This document shows positions 60,246-64,000 of a stretch of DNA of 64,000 bases, piece after piece (position 1 is the first letter of the stretch; every line of letters begins with the position of its first letter). The notes beneath the pieces are model-generated. The model was not told where the DNA came from, ran no database searches, and saw nothing but the letters and a program-made list of their open reading frames with translations. Source of the stretch: Prevotella sp. UBA2850 (GTDB lineage Bacteria; Bacteroidota; Bacteroidia; Bacteroidales; Bacteroidaceae). The translations under genes and the position numbers were made by a program. Where the stretch lies: the NCBI GenBank assembly GCA_002350805.1, contig DEFO01000012.1, positions 14,455-78,454 on the forward strand, read 5' to 3'.

Positions 60246-61118
60246 ATGGACAGATTTGAATGCAGCTATTACACGAAGATGGACAATGGCCAGGTGGAAT
60301 GCATGCTTTGTCCGCATCACTGCCGCATCGGCGAAGGGCGGACTGGTATATGCCACAGCCGCCGAAACGAGAATGGGACACTTGTCAGTGATGTCTACGG
60401 TCGTCCTTGTGCACTGGCCATTGACCCCATAGAGAAGAAGCCTCTCTACCACTTTCATCCCGGCACACAATGTTTGTCGGTGGCATGCACGGGATGCAAC
60501 TTCCACTGCCACAACTGTCAGAACCACGACATCTCGCAAGCTGCTCCCCAGCAGGTACGGCACATGAGTCTGATGCCCAGCGACTTGGTGGACATTTGCA
60601 TAGAGCACAATTGTCCAGGCATTGCATACACTTACACCGAGCCGCTTACTTATATTGAATATGTAAGCGACACAGCCCATCTGGCTCACGAAAAAGGATT
60701 GTGGAACATATTGGTTACCGCAGGATATGTATGCAAGGAGCCACTCAACGACCTCTTACCACTTATCGACGCAGCCAACATCGACCTGAAATCATTCAGC
60801 GACGACATTTACCAACGTATTAGCGGAGGACGGCTGCAGGTGGTGCTCGACACCATCCTCGCCATGCAAGAGGCGGGGATATGGATAGAACTCACCAACC
60901 TCATCATTCCAAGTGTTAATGACGACTTGCAGATGATACGCAACATGTGCCGGTGGATAGCGACTAACAACTTATCACACGTGCCCTTGCACTTCAGCCG
61001 TTTCTTCCCACAATACAAGATGAGTCATCTCTCACCCACTCCGCTAGAAACCCTGCGAAAGGCAAGAGAGATAGCCCGTGAAGAGGGACTGCAGCATGTT
61101 TATCTGGGGAATGTGTGA
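60246..61118 (+). CDS. amrS: AmmeMemoRadiSam radical SAM enzyme
   Basis: CMLCPHHC, DPIEKKPLYHF, CNFHCHNC (CxxxCxxC), HFSRFFP. Confidence 0.93.
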   Translation: MDRFECSYYTKMDNGQVECMLCPHHCRIGEGRTGICHSRRNENGTLVSDVYGRPCALAIDPIEKKPLYHFHPGTQCLSVACTGCNFHCHNCQNHDISQAAPQQVRHMSLMPSDLVDICIEHNCPGIAYTYTEPLTYIEYVSDTAHLAHEKGLWNILVTAGYVCKEPLNDLLPLIDAANIDLKSFSDDIYQRISGGRLQVVLDTILAMQEAGIWIELTNLIIPSVNDDLQMIRNMCRWIATNNLSHVPLHFSRFFPQYKMSHLSPTPLETLRKAREIAREEGLQHVYLGNV

Positions 61119-61200
61119 AACATTAGCGTTGGTTGATGCATAAGAGATGATGGCAGCCCGATAGCTCATTTCTGTATCGAGGCTGCCACCTTTAATAATA

Positions 61201-62145
61201 CTACTTCGTTTTCTTGAATGCCCAGTCTCGATAGCGGATCCACACATGGAGCCATACCCTGGCAATAGAATCGATGGCATCGCCAAAGATAGTTAGCCCA
61301 TAGTCATCGAAGTTTTTCCATGCATCTAGCTCCTTGAACTTTTCTTTGGTGAGATTCTCGTTAGTGTATTCTTGGGGAATCATGCGGTAAGCCAGCAGAT
61401 AAGAATACTGAGAAATGCCGCTCATGTAATCCCACGTGTTCTTACAGCCACTGCCCCATGCATGATAATACTCACGACTGACGATCTCCTCCTCGACAGC
61501 CTTGATGAGCGGTGTGGGCGAGGTGTGCAGCGGATAACCTTCCGGATCATAATAGAAACGCTCATTGTCGAAATCCACACGATACGACTTTTTTACTTGC
61601 TTGTCCCACTCGTCTTCTATGAAACCATGAATATTGCTGTCGCTCGAGAACGAACGCGAGTCACAGTGCAGGGGCATGTGACAGTCGGCAATATAGTGGC
61701 TCAGTATGAAGAAACGCGTGGCTATGTGATTGCACGACGTGCTCATGGGCGACCCTTTCTCTTCTTTACGCAGTATTTTGAAATTGTCGACAATACTATG
61801 CGCAATCGACTCACAACGGTCGGCAAGGTTGCCCTTTTCAATCGTAAAAGGCTTCTTATAGAGGTCTGATTTCAGTCCCAGACGATAAGACTTAAGCGTG
61901 TAGGGCATCTTCCTGAACGAGACGTCGGTAGACTTCTCATCGGGCTTATACTTCAGGATATGGCTGGTACTCATATCCTTGAAGACTTCATCAGGATACC
62001 AGGCGCCTTTGATCACAAAGTCACGATAGTCCTTGAACCATTTCACAAGGCTGTTGGCATCATCTTTCAGGTTCTCCGGAATGTCTGCGAATTGCAGTCG
62101 CTTGATAGCCATAAAGGCTAGCCATGCATGGGTGTACTTCTTCAT
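61201..62145 (-). CDS. Phospholipase C/P1-nuclease-fold zinc hydrolase without signal peptide
   Basis: N-terminal TH, PD, HYIADCHMPLH, HGFIE. Confidence 0.7.
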   Translation of the reverse strand: MKKYTHAWLAFMAIKRLQFADIPENLKDDANSLVKWFKDYRDFVIKGAWYPDEVFKDMSTSHILKYKPDEKSTDVSFRKMPYTLKSYRLGLKSDLYKKPFTIEKGNLADRCESIAHSIVDNFKILRKEEKGSPMSTSCNHIATRFFILSHYIADCHMPLHCDSRSFSSDSNIHGFIEDEWDKQVKKSYRVDFDNERFYYDPEGYPLHTSPTPLIKAVEEEIVSREYYHAWGSGCKNTWDYMSGISQYSYLLAYRMIPQEYTNENLTKEKFKELDAWKNFDDYGLTIFGDAIDSIARVWLHVWIRYRDWAFKKTK

Positions 62146-62211
62146 AATCGTTCTATTTAGGGTTCATGATTCAAAATTGACAATATATAGAGTAGTAAAA
62201 AACGAGGTTTG

Positions 62212-63243
62212 CTATGAACGGTTCTCTGACAGTCGAATCCGCGCCTCTTCTAGCACAGCTATCACACGGTCGCACCACCGGTCGAATTCCGGATCGGCTT
62301 GCTGGCATTCCGGATGGCTCAGCACATAATCAACACTCTTACGAACGCCCTGCTCGAAACGTACCATCGGCTGGAAGCCAGGAACGACACGTTTGAGTTT
62401 TGAGCAATCGAACACCACGGTGGCCGCTTTGTCGCCCAACAAATTGCCCTCCACATCATATTCTGGGGGCGCCACGGAAGCCAGAAACGCTGATGATACA
62501 TAGTAAGGCTTGTAAGCCACACCCAGCGCTTGGGCGATGGTCTCGTAGATTTGGTTCCATGTCAGCGACTCGTCAGACATAATTTGGAAGGCCTCGCCGA
62601 TAGCATGGGGGTTGCCCAGCAAACCAATAAAGCCACGGGCAAAGTCCTCATTGCTCGTCATTGTCCACAGCGAATAACCGTCACCATGCACTATTACGGG
62701 CTTCCCTTCGAGCATGCGCTTGAGCACCTGCCAGCAGCCTGCCGGACCGTGCAGCCCCGTAGGAACACTCCGCTCACTGTAAGTATGACTCGGGCGAACG
62801 ATGGTAACAGGGAACTGATGCTCGCGATAGTAGTGCATAAGGTGTTCCTCGCATGCTATTTTGTTGCGAGAGTAAAGCCAATAAGGATTTGCCAACGATG
62901 TGCCCTCGGAGATAATGTGACTGCGCACTGGCTTATGGTAAGCAGAGGCAGAACTGACATAAACGTATTGCCGCGTGCGCCCCGCGAAAAGGCGATAGTC
63001 GCGTTCCACCTGCTCAGGAACGAAACCTATAAACTCGCACACACAGTCAAAAAAAGTATCGCCTAAAAGGCGTTGCACTTCTGCCTCATCGTTGATGTCG
63101 GCAACAACCTGTTTGGCGTGCTGAGGCACATCTTCGTTGTGATTACCACGATTCAGCAACCACAATTCATGATGGGTTTCTGCCAGTTGTCGGGTGATAG
63201 CACTGCTGATGGTACCCGTTCCACCGATAAGAAGTATTCTCAT
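62212..63243 (-). CDS. NAD-dependent epimerase/dehydratase (SDR)
   Basis: IGGTGTIS, LNRG, SSASAY, YSRNK, VRP; start ATG 63243. Confidence 0.88.
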   Translation of the reverse strand: MRILLIGGTGTISSAITRQLAETHHELWLLNRGNHNEDVPQHAKQVVADINDEAEVQRLLGDTFFDCVCEFIGFVPEQVERDYRLFAGRTRQYVYVSSASAYHKPVRSHIISEGTSLANPYWLYSRNKIACEEHLMHYYREHQFPVTIVRPSHTYSERSVPTGLHGPAGCWQVLKRMLEGKPVIVHGDGYSLWTMTSNEDFARGFIGLLGNPHAIGEAFQIMSDESLTWNQIYETIAQALGVAYKPYYVSSAFLASVAPPEYDVEGNLLGDKAATVVFDCSKLKRVVPGFQPMVRFEQGVRKSVDYVLSHPECQQADPEFDRWCDRVIAVLEEARIRLSENRS

Positions 63244-63323
63244 AGTCGTAAGTATTGGTTTTGTCTTGGTCCTTTCCAACCGCAAATATAGACAAAATCT
63301 TTCACAAATCGAAATGATTTCAC

Positions 63324-63356
63324 AAAAAAACTGCCATTGTCATCGACAACAGCAGT
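63324..63356 (-). terminator. Probable ssrA terminator
   Basis: ACTGC..TTGTC ATC GACAA..GCAGT with an A-run on + (U-tract on -). Confidence 0.55.
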
Positions 63357-63364
63357 AACATCCG

Positions 63365-63759
63365 TGGAGCTGGAGGGAGTCGAACCCTCGTCCAAACAGG
63401 GAAACCATACGCTTTCTACACGCTTATTCCAGCCTTTGGTTTTCGTGCTGCAGCAAGACCTGGACCACCAACTGCAACCTTATCCTCTAAATTTCACCAT
63501 GCCGTCGAGGCCCGACATAGCTATTTCCGATTTACCTGCACCGCTTGACCCTCAGATTCGGAACAACACCCTTGGAGCGATGTCTCGTTCTATCACCTGG
63601 TGACAGAATTAAGCTCGTAATCTACTGTGCTTCGATTAAGCAGCGAGAGCATACTTATTGTTGCCAATTAATTTTTGTTCACTCAGATTAAGGAGCTAGC
63701 CAACGAGGCTCCGCGTGCTTACGTACCATCTCATCCTGCTGTCAAATCCAGTCAACCCC
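63365..63759 (-). ncRNA. ssrA: tmRNA, tag (A)GNNKYALAA
   Basis: 5' GGGGTTGACTGGATTTGAC; 3' T-arm GGTTCGACTCC..CAGCTCCA; tag frame 63636-63665; TACTTTTG box 63787-63794. Confidence 0.96.
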
Positions 63760-63971
63760 AGACTGAGCAAATATGATTTGCGTCGGCAAAAGTACGAATT
63801 TATTTTCATTTGGCAAAGAAATTATAAGTTTTGTGTCAGATTATTGCAGTAAAAGACACTTTTTGCAGAAAACTTATCTTTTTTAGACTAAAATATTATA
63901 CCTTTGCAATAAATTTCGTAATTATCAGTTATATTATTGAATAGGTATATAAAAGAAACAACATTCTGAAA

Positions 63972-64000
63972 ATGAAAAAATATATTTTTCTATTCGTAGC
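63972..64000 (+). CDS. Start of a probable exported protein (truncated by window end)
   Basis: ATG 63972 MKKYIFLFV; TACCTTTG box at 63899. Confidence 0.5.

Noticed and set aside
56300-63365. Island integrated at the ssrA 3' end
   Set aside because: No integrase; only a 10-bp match (GAGCTGGAGG ~56708) to the tmRNA end, too short to call an att site.
63365-63400. tRNA gene
   Set aside because: It is the tRNA-like 3' domain of tmRNA, pairing with the 5' end at 63759.

Overview
64-kb chromosomal window from a Bacteroidales bacterium, most likely Prevotella-like. This is inferred from TAnnTTTG -7 promoter boxes, a SusC/SusD locus, the tmRNA tag GNNKYALAA and gene content. It is mostly housekeeping: purN, hslR, pth, rplY, nusB, yajC, coaE, a Phe/Tyr operon, pyrK/pyrD, holA, aldA, aguA/aguB, umuDC and ssrA. 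Larger accessory units are a nuclease-rich operon, a lower-GC islet splitting aguA from aguB, an ECF-sigma/FecR/SusC/SusD locus with no CAZyme but a TraB(TIKI)-thioredoxin fusion, a GT2-DUF4922(HIT)-SpoIID fusion coupled to an AmpG-like permease, and an AmmeMemoRadiSam pair. Signals missing from the ORF track: (i) a complete Phe/Tyr leader-peptide attenuator; (ii) modular intergenic elements in which 7/8-mer arrays abut a fixed GTRTGATTACC core, plus nonamer hairpins and minisatellites with 21/22/33/34/42-bp periods; (iii) a Cu-type P1B-ATPase lacking its nucleotide-binding domain; (iv) a poly-A frameshift detaching an MKK signal-peptide start; (v) an in-frame coaE-DUF5606 fusion. No CRISPR, prophage, integrase or transposase was seen. 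All calls are by eye from motifs; no searches were run.
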